Shown here: one piece after another, positions 18,837-29,276 of the stretch
How positions within the stretch are numbered: the first letter of the stretch is position 1
Layout: each line of letters begins with the position of its first letter
NCBI GenBank assembly: GCA_051531975.1
Contig: JAOPTT010000009.1
Span: forward strand, 465,456-529,455
Direction of reading: 5' to 3'
Length of the DNA stretch: 64,000 nt
From: Spirochaetaceae bacterium
Lineage (GTDB): Bacteria > Spirochaetota > Spirochaetia > DSM-2461
Notes under the pieces: generated by a model
Database searches by the model: none
Told to the model about the DNA's origin: nothing
The model's input: only the letters and a program-made list of their open reading frames with translations
Translations under genes and position numbers: made by a program

Positions 18837-19836
18837 TTGCTTTTCCAAATATTTCTTCTATGTCTTTTAAATAAACCTCACCGATAACTTTTTTATTCTC
18901 GATTACTGGTAATGTTCTTCTACTAAGTTTTAACATTATAGCTAGTGCATCTTTTAGACTTGATGATGATTCAACCGTATCTCTTTCTATGTTATATACA
19001 GATTTTCCATCATCACCTTTTAAAATTATATCATCACCTTCAATTACCCATCTCTCTATATCAAAATCTGTATTTATTATCTTTTCCACATAATAATAAA
19101 GTAGTAGTTTTAGTGATCTGTCTTTTCCAGTGAATTCCGATATAAAATCACACTTAGGAAGAGTAATTATTTTATCTGGGCTATCGTATTGCATTAAAGT
19201 TCCATTTTTGAGGATTGCAATTTTATTACCTAAAGTAACCGCTTCTTCAATATCGTGGGTAACAAAAATAACTGTCTTTTTTAGTTTTTTTTGTATTTTA
19301 AGAAACTCGTTTTGCAATACTGTTCTAGTTAGTGGGTCTACTGCACCAAATGGTTCATCCATTAATAATATTGGTGGGTCAGCAGCTAAAGCCCGTGCAA
19401 CTCCAATTCTTTGTGCTTCTCCTCCTGATAGTTGATTAGGATATTTATTGCTATACATTTCTGGATTTAAACCTACAAGGTCTAATAGTTCTAGAACTCT
19501 ATTATCTATTTTTTCACTACTCCATTTTAGTAATTTAGGAACAATGGATATATTCTCTTTTACTGTATAATGTGGAAGAAGTCCTACATTCTGTATTACA
19601 TATCCTATGCCTCTTCTTAAAATCTCTGCGGGCAGAGTCGTTATATCCTTTCCATTAACTTCTATAATCCCACTGTCCATCTCTATTAGTCTATTTATTA
19701 GACGTAAGGATGTAGATTTTCCGCAACCAGAAGGTCCAAGAAGTATACATAAATCCCCTTCTTTTACCTCAATATTTAAGTTATTTAAAGCTATAAAATC
19801 ACCATATTTTTTACTTACAGATTTAAATTTAATCAC
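18829..19836 (-). CDS. Osmoprotectant ABC transporter ATPase (YehX/OpuA-like)
   Basis: GPSGCGKS, LSGGEAQR, LLMDEPFGAVD; CBS-like C-terminus. Confidence 0.93.
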   Translation of the reverse strand: MIKFKSVSKKYGDFIALNNLNIEVKEGDLCILLGPSGCGKSTSLRLINRLIEMDSGIIEVNGKDITTLPAEILRRGIGYVIQNVGLLPHYTVKENISIVPKLLKWSSEKIDNRVLELLDLVGLNPEMYSNKYPNQLSGGEAQRIGVARALAADPPILLMDEPFGAVDPLTRTVLQNEFLKIQKKLKKTVIFVTHDIEEAVTLGNKIAILKNGTLMQYDSPDKIITLPKCDFISEFTGKDRSLKLLLYYYVEKIINTDFDIERWVIEGDDIILKGDDGKSVYNIERDTVESSSSLKDALAIMLKLSRRTLPVIENKKVIGEVYLKDIEEIFGKANE

Positions 19837-21028
19837 TATTACTCCTTAAGGGTTTTGGGGTTAAAATATGTATTAAGATTGATAGAAACTTATCAGATAT
19901 TAAAACAAGAAGTACTATTGGTATTACTCCTATTAAAATTAGATCCGGGGCTATCTGTTCTAATCCTCTAAAAACAAAGAACCCTAACCCACCGGCTCCA
20001 ATCAATGCAGCAATTGTTGTATTTCCTAGGGATTGTATTGCTGCTATTTTTATTCCAGTTAGAAGTAGGGGTATCGATAGAGGAAGTTCAATTTTAAAGA
20101 AACGTTGTTTTTTTGTCATACCCATTCCTTTTCCAGCATCTACAATAGATGAATTTATACTATCTAATCCAATATATGTATTTCTAACAATTGGTAATAG
20201 AGCATATAAAGTTAAAGCTATTAAAGCCGGTGTTACACCAATTCCTTTAATTCCCATAGATTTAAGAACTGGGAATTTGTTAGATAAAGCCGCTAAAGGA
20301 GCGATAATCAGACCAAATAGGGCCAATGATGGTATAGTTTGAATACTATTAATTATACTAAATATAATATTCTTAAATTTCTTACGCCTCCAAGAAAGTA
20401 TTCCTGTGGGTATTCCTATTATTGATGCATATAAAACAGACCTGAATGATATTGATATGTGTACTAAAACTTCTTTAGAAAATCTTTTTCTCTCTTTTAA
20501 CAATTCCTTAACAATACCAAGGTAATGCCCCTTATTAATCAAAAATAGAATAATTAGAAGTGCTGCCAATACAAAAGCTATATAATATATTTTTAAGTCT
20601 CTATTTTTTATTAATAAAACTGTTCCTACTATCTGAAAATATGCCCCTAGTAAGAGCATATAAAATCCTGATTCAAAACTAATTTGAGATTTTAAATTAC
20701 CCGTAGCTTCTATTTTAAAATTACTCTCAATAATAATTCTTCCAAGTAAAAATAGTAATAATAAACCACTACCTTGCCGAAGAAGCTGTGCTAAATTCAC
20801 AATCTTAAAATAATTATCTAGTACTGATGTAGAAAGTATTATTAATAAAATTATAATAACTATACATGTTATAATTACATCAGCTGAATAATCGTTTAAT
20901 GAGGATAATATACCTAGATCGATCCTATTTTTTTTTATATTTATGAGTGGTAAAAAAAGAGAGGCAACAGTAAATATTAATCCAAGAACTGTTGCCCCAT
21001 TATATGTAATTTTATTAAGTAACTTCAC
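19829..21028 (-). CDS. Osmoprotectant ABC transporter permease with N-terminal extension (YehY-like)
   Basis: IQTIPSLALFG, DAGKGMGM, ALIGAGGLG. Confidence 0.9.
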   Translation of the reverse strand: MKLLNKITYNGATVLGLIFTVASLFLPLINIKKNRIDLGILSSLNDYSADVIITCIVIIILLIILSTSVLDNYFKIVNLAQLLRQGSGLLLLFLLGRIIIESNFKIEATGNLKSQISFESGFYMLLLGAYFQIVGTVLLIKNRDLKIYYIAFVLAALLIILFLINKGHYLGIVKELLKERKRFSKEVLVHISISFRSVLYASIIGIPTGILSWRRKKFKNIIFSIINSIQTIPSLALFGLIIAPLAALSNKFPVLKSMGIKGIGVTPALIALTLYALLPIVRNTYIGLDSINSSIVDAGKGMGMTKKQRFFKIELPLSIPLLLTGIKIAAIQSLGNTTIAALIGAGGLGFFVFRGLEQIAPDLILIGVIPIVLLVLISDKFLSILIHILTPKPLRSNSD

Positions 21029-21030
21029 TG

Positions 21031-21978
21031 TTATTTAATGAATTTATTTTCTTGTAAGTATTCAACTGCTACATCAGCTGCACTTAATCCATCTACAGCT
21101 ATCATTCCGTTAAGTTTTTGTAGTGTAACCAGATCTAAGCTATCAAACACAGGTTTTAACAGTTTTTCAATTTCAGGATACTTTAACAATACCTCTTCTC
21201 TAATTATTGGTACTGGTAGATAAACAGGTTGAATTCCTAAGTTATCTTCTAATACCACAAGTCCAAGAGCTGCAATCTGACCATCAGTTCCATATGCCAT
21301 AGCAGCATTAACCCCATCTGTACCTCTAGCAGCAGCCTGTTCTGTCTGAGCTGTGTTTCCTCCTGCTAATACTAATAGGTTCTTAGATTCAAGTTTAAAT
21401 CCATATGCTTTTTCAAAAGCTGGTAAAGCAGCATCGCTACTTACAAACTCTTGAGAACCTACAATTTTAAATACACCACCATTGTTTATGTATTTTGCAA
21501 GATCAGAAAGTGTTTTTAATCCCTCTTCCTTTGCTAATTTCCCCTGCATTGCAATGGCCCATGTATTATTAGCTGGGGACGGGTGTAACCAGATAATTTT
21601 GTTTGCATCGTAATCTAGCTGCTTAACAGCTTCATACCCTTTTTTACTATTTTTCCAAGTTTCAGGGCTATAATCTGAAGCTAGAAAAAATGCTCCATTT
21701 CCTGTGTATTCAGGATAAATATCAGTTTCGCCATTAATTATTGCTTCTCTATTTATTTTTGTAGCACCAAGAGATGTATTATCTACTACCTCAAAACCGT
21801 CTTTTTCTAATACACTTATTATCATTTGTCCTAATAATGAGCCTTCAGTATCCATTTTTGATGCAACAATTATTGGACCTTTATCCATAACTTGTTCTTT
21901 TTCACCACTTGCAAAAAGTAATGGCGAACCTAATAGTGTTAATAAACACAGTACTAATATATATGTTTTTCTCATCAT
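21031..21978 (-). CDS. osmF: Osmoprotectant/glycine-betaine ABC substrate-binding protein (OsmF/YehZ)
   Basis: VASKMDTEGSLLG, DIYPEYTG, PANNTWAIA, AAMAYGTDG; GGAG SD. Confidence 0.88.
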   Translation of the reverse strand: MMRKTYILVLCLLTLLGSPLLFASGEKEQVMDKGPIIVASKMDTEGSLLGQMIISVLEKDGFEVVDNTSLGATKINREAIINGETDIYPEYTGNGAFFLASDYSPETWKNSKKGYEAVKQLDYDANKIIWLHPSPANNTWAIAMQGKLAKEEGLKTLSDLAKYINNGGVFKIVGSQEFVSSDAALPAFEKAYGFKLESKNLLVLAGGNTAQTEQAAARGTDGVNAAMAYGTDGQIAALGLVVLEDNLGIQPVYLPVPIIREEVLLKYPEIEKLLKPVFDSLDLVTLQKLNGMIAVDGLSAADVAVEYLQENKFIK

Positions 21979-22279
21979 AATCTCCTACTTATTAAGTATA
22001 GTTTAAACTCAAATCAATTTAAAACTCTTTTTTTAAAACTTAAAAAAACGTTTGATTTGTTAACCCAATGTTAACTACTGTTATTAAGGACTCAAAACTC
22101 TCGGTATCTTATATTAAGAATTTAAGAACACTACTGGATCAGAAAGAACAAGAGATGGACAAATAATATGTTACAGTAACTGTTTCGTGACATGTTCTCA
22201 CTTAGTATAAAATCTATATCATTAGAAGTAGTCAAAACTAGATTGTAGCTATATTATATATAGATTATAGGAGGTTTAA

Positions 22280-22684
22280 ATGGAATTAACTGAAGAGTTA
22301 TTAGGACTACAACATATTGGTATACCTGTTACAGCATTAGATGAATCAATTTCCTTTTATAAATCAATCGGATTTAAGGTAGATAAAAAGTACTCAATTG
22401 TTGTTGATAACGATCCAATTGAAGTTGCTTTTATTAAACTACACGACTTAAATATAGAGTTATACCAGAAGCATGGTTTAACAACAGTAAAAACAAATGG
22501 AGCAATAGATCACTTAGCACTGAATTGCAAAGATATCGATAAGATGTTTGAGTTTTGTAAAAAGGGTAATTATAGATTTGAGGAAGATAAAATATCAGAA
22601 CTTCCCTTTTTTAAAAACGGAGTTAAATATTTTATTATACTTGGACCAGATAATGAGAAGGTTGAGTTTAACCAATATTTGTAA
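22280..22684 (+). CDS. VOC/glyoxalase family protein
   Basis: LQHIGIPV, IELY, IDHLAL, GPDNEKVEF; GGAGG SD. Confidence 0.88.
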   Translation: MELTEELLGLQHIGIPVTALDESISFYKSIGFKVDKKYSIVVDNDPIEVAFIKLHDLNIELYQKHGLTTVKTNGAIDHLALNCKDIDKMFEFCKKGNYRFEEDKISELPFFKNGVKYFIILGPDNEKVEFNQYL

Positions 22685-22789
22685 ATAGAAAGAACACTTT
22701 TATTTAGTATTTCATTAATTTTATTGAATTTGATATGGGTTAGTTTATTATTTAATTTATATAAGTTTTTAAAATTAAAGTAATACTAA

Positions 22790-23578
22790 TTGGGATCTAT
22801 AATTTACTTATCTCATGGTGGAGGTCCATTACCACTTCTTGGTGATCCATCCCATAAAACCATGATATCGTTTATGAAAGAATGCAAAACTGCTAAAAAA
22901 CCAGATGCTGTTTTAGTTATAAGTGCCCACTGGGAAGAAGCTGTCCCAACAATAACTGGCAGTGCCAAACCATCGTTGTATTACGATTATTTTGGATTCC
23001 CTGGGGAGACATATAATCTGAACTATCCACTATCTAGTAGCCCTGAATTAGTTAAAAAAATAGAAATATTATTTAATACTCACAATATGGATCTTGTTAT
23101 AGATAAAAAAAGAGGTTTTGACCATGGAGTTTTTGTTCCTATGATCTTGATCTATCCAGAAGCCGACGTTCCAGTGGTTGAGATCTCACTAATTCAAGGT
23201 TTAGATCCAAAAGTTCATATCGAATTAGGTAAAATATTAACTTCTCTAAAAGATGAAAATATACTAATTATTGGTTCTGGGGCATCATTCCATAATATGA
23301 GTGGGTTTAATTCTGATGTTGAAACCACTGTAGATATTAAAAACGATGAGTTTCAAGAGTGGATAATAGAGACCTGTACAACTAATCTTTTATCATCAGA
23401 AATTGAAAACAGACTTATACATTGGGAGGTCGCTCCAGGTGCGCGGTATTGTCACCATAGAGAAGAGCATCTACTACCTCTACATGTTTGTTATGGTATT
23501 GCAGAAGATAAAGGTATTAAAGTATTTGATGATTTTATATTAGGAAAACGAGCAGTAGCCATTAGGTGGGATTTTTAA
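22790..23578 (+). CDS. DODA-type (YgiD/LigB family) extradiol ring-cleavage dioxygenase
   Basis: LSHGGGP, ISAHWE, RGFDHG, GSGASFHN, HHREEHLLPL; TTG start. Confidence 0.9.
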   Translation: MGSIIYLSHGGGPLPLLGDPSHKTMISFMKECKTAKKPDAVLVISAHWEEAVPTITGSAKPSLYYDYFGFPGETYNLNYPLSSSPELVKKIEILFNTHNMDLVIDKKRGFDHGVFVPMILIYPEADVPVVEISLIQGLDPKVHIELGKILTSLKDENILIIGSGASFHNMSGFNSDVETTVDIKNDEFQEWIIETCTTNLLSSEIENRLIHWEVAPGARYCHHREEHLLPLHVCYGIAEDKGIKVFDDFILGKRAVAIRWDF

Positions 23579-23592
23579 AAGAGGGGATTAAA

Positions 23593-25128
23593 ATGGATAA
23601 AACAGTAATTGCAGATAATAAACCGGCAAAGATCTTTTTAAAAAAAGGGCAGGAGTATCATTTTTGTACATGTGGTCGCTCTAAATCACAACCATCATGT
23701 GATGGTTCCCATGTTGGTACAGATTTTTCTCCTAAAGTTATAGTTCCAAAAGAAGATGGTGATAACTACCTCTGTGTATGTAAACAGAGTAATAATCTAC
23801 CATTTTGTGATGGCACTCATGTTAATATCCCTGATGATAAAATTGGATCAGAGGGTGCTGAACTATCCCATGGTAGACCAGACTCTCCACTACCTAGGGC
23901 AACAAAAGAAGAACCCCATGTGGAAGAGATTCATAGACTAGCAAAAGAGGGTCTAGCTGGTATTGGGCATCATGGTTTTATGGCATCTATGGGTGTACCT
24001 AGGGAGCAACTTCCTAAATGGGATAATATTCAGATATTAACTGCCCAATTTGCAAAAAAACCACTATTAGAAGATGTTGATATAAATACAGAACTTGTTA
24101 TTGGCCCAATGGCTAAAAAACCTTTGATAATGAAGATACCAATATTTGTATCTGATATGAGTTTTGGTGCCCTGTCGGAAGAAGCTAAAATAGCACTATC
24201 TAAAGGAGCTAATTTGTCTGGAACTGGGATCTGCTCCGGGGAAGGTGGAATGTTACCTGAGGAGAAAAATGAGAACTCTAGGTATCTATACGAATATGCA
24301 AGTGGTAAATTTGGTTATAACGAAAACATAATAAAAGATGTTCAGGCGTTCCATTTTAAAGGTGGTCAAGGAGCTAAAACAGGTACTGGAGGGCATCTTC
24401 CTGGAAATAAAAATAGAGGGAAAATTTCTGAAGTGAGAGGAATACCTGAAGGTCTGCCTGCTATATCTCCACCAACATTTAAAGATCTAAGCAGTGTAAA
24501 AGATTTTGCAGACTTTTCTGAGAATATTAGAAAAATTACCGGTGGCATTCCCATTGGTTTTAAAATGAGTGCTAACCATATAGAAGAGGACATGGCATTT
24601 GCAATAGATGCAGGGGCTGACTATATCATTTTAGATGGTAGAGGTGGAGGCACTGGAGCTGCCCCGGAAATATTTAGAGATAATATCTCAGTACCTACAA
24701 TTCCTGCACTATCAAGAGCAAGAAACTACCTTGATAAAACGGGAAACAGTGGTAAGATAACCCTGATTATTACTGGTGGTTTGCGTATTCCAATGGATTT
24801 TGTTAAAGCTATGGCTTTAGGAGCAGACGGTATTGCAGTTTCCAACAGTGCAATGCAGGCAATAGGCTGTGTTGGGGCAAGAATTTGTAACTCTAATAAC
24901 TGCCCAGCAGGTATAGCAACTCAGAATCCAGAATTAAGAAAACGGTTAGATATAAATAGTTCAGCAAATAACCTAAGTCAATTTTTTAACTCAAGTACAG
25001 AACTCATGAAGATTATGGCTAGAGCCTGCGGTCACAATAACCTGCAAGATTTCTCCAACTATGATCTAACTACATGGGATAAACAAATGAGTGTATTAAC
25101 TGGTATTCCATTTGGGGGTATTCATTAA
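23593..25128 (+). CDS. Two CDGSH Fe-S domains fused to an FMN-binding glutamate-synthase-like domain
   Basis: CTCGRSKSQPSCDGSH, CVCKQSNNLPFCDGTH; MSFGALS, SGEGG, GQGAK, DGRGGGTGAAP, CVGARICNSNNCP; SD GAGGGG before ATG 23593. Confidence 0.9.
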   Translation: MDKTVIADNKPAKIFLKKGQEYHFCTCGRSKSQPSCDGSHVGTDFSPKVIVPKEDGDNYLCVCKQSNNLPFCDGTHVNIPDDKIGSEGAELSHGRPDSPLPRATKEEPHVEEIHRLAKEGLAGIGHHGFMASMGVPREQLPKWDNIQILTAQFAKKPLLEDVDINTELVIGPMAKKPLIMKIPIFVSDMSFGALSEEAKIALSKGANLSGTGICSGEGGMLPEEKNENSRYLYEYASGKFGYNENIIKDVQAFHFKGGQGAKTGTGGHLPGNKNRGKISEVRGIPEGLPAISPPTFKDLSSVKDFADFSENIRKITGGIPIGFKMSANHIEEDMAFAIDAGADYIILDGRGGGTGAAPEIFRDNISVPTIPALSRARNYLDKTGNSGKITLIITGGLRIPMDFVKAMALGADGIAVSNSAMQAIGCVGARICNSNNCPAGIATQNPELRKRLDINSSANNLSQFFNSSTELMKIMARACGHNNLQDFSNYDLTTWDKQMSVLTGIPFGGIH

Positions 25129-25499
25129 AAAACATAGATAATAAGTTTATTTGGGATTTAATAGGAATCATAACTATATCTAATCGATAATACCGCTTAA
25201 TTATTAGTATAATGAGCTTATATTCAGCACAAAACGTAAACACATAGTAGTTTCCTTGCTTAATAAATGCAAAAGGAGTAGTGTGAATTCATAATTAGTA
25301 TTTAAAAATAATTTCAAAACACATTTCTTTTCAAAAAAATTATTAATAATGGGATTTTGCCATTACATTTATCATATCAATTCTTTATCAGTACTAGTAA
25401 TGAGCAGTTAATAACTAACAGCATTTATATTAAGAAATTACATCAGGAATTCAGATCAGTAATATACATTTATAGAGTATTACTTAGGAGATAAGTATT

Positions 25500-26606
25500 A
25501 TGATTAAAGCAATAGCATACTGTGAAAAACAGTTTGGTAAGATGGATGGAAAAGTAACAAATGGATTAGTTCGATACTCAGAGAAATATGAAATAGTAGG
25601 TGTTATAGATAGTACTAAAATTGGAATGGACGCAGGTGAATATTTAGATGGAATAAAAAATGGGATACCAGTATTTGAGAGTTTAAATAGTGCTTTAGAT
25701 CAATTAGATTCGACACCAGAATGTTTTATATATGGGATAGCTCCCCTGGAAGCATTTTTAGATACAGAGCAGCGTAAAATTATAGTTAGTGCTATAGAAA
25801 AAAACTTAGATATTGTGAACGGTCTACATGAATTCTTTACTGAAGATGAAGAATTTTCAATAAAAGCAAAAGAGCATAATGTTAAAATGTATGATATTAG
25901 AAAACCTCCAGCAAAAAAGGATTTACACCTGTTTACTGGCCGTATTCTTAGTGTGAAAACACCAACAGTTGCAGTATTAGGTACTGATGGTGCTGTAGGA
26001 AAAAGAACCACATCGGTGCTGCTTGTAGCCGCATTAAAAAAGGCAGGACTTAACGTTGTATTTATCGCCACAGGACAAACTGGATTAATCCAAGGTGCAA
26101 AGTATGGTGTAGCAATAGACGCAATTGTTGAAGAGTATATGACTGGGGAAATTGAGAATGCAGTTATGTTAGCCCACGATAACGATAATCCAGATATTAT
26201 TATTGTTGAAGGTCAGGGAGCAATAAGCCATCCTGCATATTTAAGTTCTTGTGCAATTGTACGTGGTGCAGCTCCAGGAGCTATAATTGTACAACATCCT
26301 CCTAAAAGAACACATGTTGGGGACTATCCTTTTATGCCAATGCCAACATTAGAAAGCGAAATAAATCTAATAGAGGTCTTTTCAAAATCTAAAGTTGTTG
26401 CAATTACAATAAATCATGAAGACATGACAGACTTAGAAGTAGATAATATAGTTACAGAATATGAAGAAACATATAAACTTCCAACTACTGATGCCTTAAA
26501 ACACGGCTGTGACAAACTTGTAAAACAAATATTCAATGTATTTCCAAATCTATCTAAAGAAACTGACTTAATAGAGGATGAAAGAAAAGTTCTACAATCT
26601 GTATGA
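25500..26606 (+). CDS. DUF1611 family protein (DgcN-like P-loop/N-acetyltransferase family)
   Basis: NGLHEF, GTDGAVGKRTT, ATGQTG, VEGQG. Confidence 0.85.
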   Translation: MIKAIAYCEKQFGKMDGKVTNGLVRYSEKYEIVGVIDSTKIGMDAGEYLDGIKNGIPVFESLNSALDQLDSTPECFIYGIAPLEAFLDTEQRKIIVSAIEKNLDIVNGLHEFFTEDEEFSIKAKEHNVKMYDIRKPPAKKDLHLFTGRILSVKTPTVAVLGTDGAVGKRTTSVLLVAALKKAGLNVVFIATGQTGLIQGAKYGVAIDAIVEEYMTGEIENAVMLAHDNDNPDIIIVEGQGAISHPAYLSSCAIVRGAAPGAIIVQHPPKRTHVGDYPFMPMPTLESEINLIEVFSKSKVVAITINHEDMTDLEVDNIVTEYEETYKLPTTDALKHGCDKLVKQIFNVFPNLSKETDLIEDERKVLQSV

Positions 26607-27679
26607 CAGATGGTTTGACTACCCCTAGAATCGATATAGATTTAAAAAAAATTATACACAATGCAAAAGTGCTTAAAAAATTATATAAGTCGAAAGATAT
26701 TGATATATTAGGGGTCACTAAAATGGTTTGCGGTGATCCCATAATAGCGAATGCATTATTAGAAAGTGAGATAAACATCTTAGCTGATTCTAGAATTTCT
26801 AATATTCGTAAAATGCGAAATGGTGGAGTTAAGGCTCAATTTTTACTACTTAGAACACCATTACCTAGTCAAATTAATGATGTTGTAAAATATAGTGATA
26901 TTAGCCTTAATTCTGAAATCTCAGTTTTAGAATCACTGTCTCGCTCTGCTCTATTACATAATGTGATACATAAAGTAATTTTAATGGTTGAATTAGGTGA
27001 TTTAAGAGAAGGTATAATGCCTGATGACTTAGAATTTGCCGTGGAATCAACTTTAGAAATGGCTGGAATTGAACTAATTGGCTTAGGTGCAAATCTAGCT
27101 TGTCATGGTGGAATAAGACCTGACGATAATAACATGAATAAACTTTCTGATATGGTATTAAATATTGAAAATAAGTTTGGACTTTCATTACAGGTTGTAT
27201 CTGGTGGAAACTCCGCTAATTATAATTGGTTTATTAATACAAATGAAGTTGGGACAATAAATAACCTAAGACTTGGTGAATCTATATATTTAGGTCTAGA
27301 AACATTGGACCGACAAAACATCCCAGGTCTTTTTTACGATGCGTTTACTTTAGTTGCCGAAGTTATAGAACTAAAAACAAAACCATCCCTTCCATATGGT
27401 GAAGTTGGCCAGGATGCATTTGGAAATATTCCTAAGTTTGAAGACCATGGTGATATGAAACGAGCTATATTAGGTGTTGGATTGCAGGATATAAAAGTCA
27501 GCGGTATAACTCCTAAAACCGATATCGATATAATCGGAATGAGTAGTGATCATATTATAATAAATACAAAAAACACAGATATACAGATGGGACAAGAAGT
27601 TGAATTTGGCTTTGATTATGGCTCTCTATTATCAGCAATGACATCTCCATATGTAATTAAAAACTATATAAATAAGTAG
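26603..27679 (+). CDS. PLP-dependent alanine/ornithine racemase family enzyme (Orr/YhfX-like)
   Basis: GVTKMVCG (PLP Lys), ADSRI, ELGDLREG, SGGNS, LRLGE, KPSLP, SSDH; ATGA overlap with upstream gene. Confidence 0.88.
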   Translation: MTDGLTTPRIDIDLKKIIHNAKVLKKLYKSKDIDILGVTKMVCGDPIIANALLESEINILADSRISNIRKMRNGGVKAQFLLLRTPLPSQINDVVKYSDISLNSEISVLESLSRSALLHNVIHKVILMVELGDLREGIMPDDLEFAVESTLEMAGIELIGLGANLACHGGIRPDDNNMNKLSDMVLNIENKFGLSLQVVSGGNSANYNWFINTNEVGTINNLRLGESIYLGLETLDRQNIPGLFYDAFTLVAEVIELKTKPSLPYGEVGQDAFGNIPKFEDHGDMKRAILGVGLQDIKVSGITPKTDIDIIGMSSDHIIINTKNTDIQMGQEVEFGFDYGSLLSAMTSPYVIKNYINK

Positions 27680-27743
27680 ATCCGTTTATTCTTTAAGTGT
27701 TAAATTAAAGTTGAATAAAAATTATTTTGAAACTAGAGGTCCT

Positions 27744-28145
27744 ATGTTTAAAATCCACCATATTTGTATACAGACTAATAATTATAGAGAATCATTAAAC
27801 TTCTACACAGAAGTATTAGGTTTTAAAATAATAGAAGAGACGACAAACTTTCATGGAAGAGAGTATAATACTTGGTTAGAATTAAATAGCTTTAAAATTG
27901 AACTTCAAACAGGGAAGGGTAGTTTGATCCTGGATGTTATGAAAAAGGAATCTGAAGGTATTGTACACTTTTGTCTATTTTCATCTGAGTTTATTAAAGA
28001 TTATAAAAACTTAAAGAAAAACGAATTAACTATCTTTATTAAAAAAAATGGTTCTGATATTTACGATGTAAATGGTAAACAGCTATTTAAGATAGCTGCA
28101 CCGGAGGGAACCATTGTAGAAGTTAGGGATACCTTAGAGTTATAA
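27744..28145 (+). CDS. VOC/glyoxalase family protein
   Basis: GAGG SD before ATG 27744; IHHICIQT, IELQ, VHFC, PEGTIVEV. Confidence 0.85.
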   Translation: MFKIHHICIQTNNYRESLNFYTEVLGFKIIEETTNFHGREYNTWLELNSFKIELQTGKGSLILDVMKKESEGIVHFCLFSSEFIKDYKNLKKNELTIFIKKNGSDIYDVNGKQLFKIAAPEGTIVEVRDTLEL

Positions 28146-28277
28146 CTTTAATCCAATATTCTTCACAACCTCTAACTCTCTTCAGGAATATGTTGAAATG
28201 TATCTAGGTGGTCGAATGATTTCAAAAAATAAATATTAATACACTAAAAAGTTTATCTATCCGTCATTATTAGTGAG

Positions 28278-28829
28278 ATGTATAAAATGAACGAAAAAAA
28301 TAAAACAGAAAACAGAGAACTCCAGGATACCTACAACAGTGAAAAGAAAAGACTTGAAGGTAAAGTTTTAAGGTTAGGAAGAACCTTAGAGGAAGCTGAA
28401 GATTTTGTTCACGACATTTTTACTGAGATAATGGACCGTTTTCCAATAGTTTCTGAAATTAAAAATCTACCAGCCCTAGTTAATTGGCTATTTAAAAGAC
28501 GACTAATTGATAAATGGAGACATGATCAAGTAAAAGAAGCTGCTGGGGAGGTTAATATCCCAGAAACTATTCTACACGAAATTATAAATGCAGCACAATT
28601 AAATCCTTTAGACGAATTTGTACAAGACTGCTTAATGGATACATTAAACGAAGCCATAGATTGCCTGCCTATAAAACAAAAAGTAGTAATAGAAGGCCAA
28701 GTTTACGAAGGTTTAACATTCAAAGAGATATCAGAAATCACTGGGGAGAGTATAAATACATTAATGGCAAGGAAGAGATATGCAATTAAGAACCTTTCTA
28801 ATGCCTTAAAAAGCTGGATTAAGGTTTAA
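28278..28829 (+). CDS. ECF-type RNA polymerase sigma factor
   Basis: EAEDFVHD (region 2); LPIKQKVV...GLTFKEISEITGESINTLMARKRYA (region 4). Confidence 0.88.
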   Translation: MYKMNEKNKTENRELQDTYNSEKKRLEGKVLRLGRTLEEAEDFVHDIFTEIMDRFPIVSEIKNLPALVNWLFKRRLIDKWRHDQVKEAAGEVNIPETILHEIINAAQLNPLDEFVQDCLMDTLNEAIDCLPIKQKVVIEGQVYEGLTFKEISEITGESINTLMARKRYAIKNLSNALKSWIKV

Positions 28830-28855
28830 ATAATAAAACAAACATTAAGGAGAAT

Positions 28856-29230
28856 ATGATGTTTAAAAAAAGTAGAGATGAAGAAGGATTTGATTTTGAG
28901 TACTGGTGGAGTGGAAGAACAATAATATTAAAAGTTATTATAGTTATTGGATTTATAATACTTGGGATCTCATTATTAGCAGGTTTTGGTTTAGTAGTTA
29001 TGTTATTATGGAATTGGTTAGTTCCAGAAATATTTGGTTTAAAACAGCTAAGCTTTTTAGAAGCCTGGGGTCTATTTATACTGTGTTCAATTTTATTTAA
29101 AGGTGTAAAGTTTGGAGACGAAGGTAGTAGAAAAGAGAGAAAAAGAAAAAAACAACTAAGAACATATTTAAATAGAGATGAATCTTCTGAAAATCTTGTA
29201 GCAGAATCTGAAACATTAGAAAATGAGTAA
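28856..29230 (+). CDS. Small membrane protein associated with the ECF sigma factor
   Basis: VMLLWNWLVPEIFGL...FLEAWGLFILCSILF hydrophobic core with a charged tail; GGAG SD. Confidence 0.65.
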   Translation: MMFKKSRDEEGFDFEYWWSGRTIILKVIIVIGFIILGISLLAGFGLVVMLLWNWLVPEIFGLKQLSFLEAWGLFILCSILFKGVKFGDEGSRKERKRKKQLRTYLNRDESSENLVAESETLENE

Positions 29231-29276
29231 TAATCTATATCGATGATACTAATACATTTATTATAAAGGAGCTAAG

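Noticed and set aside
21979..22279. Possible c-di-AMP (ydaO) riboswitch upstream of the osmoprotectant transporter; short palindromes GTTACAGTAAC and GTTAAC x2
   Set aside because: The conserved GCTGAA/GGGGA elements are absent, and such short palindromes are expected by chance in AT-rich DNA.
25129..25499. 370-bp intergenic region upstream of DUF1611 with a weak hairpin near 25241-25287
   Set aside because: No recognisable riboswitch or T-box motif and pairing is imperfect. An Rfam/Infernal scan would be needed.
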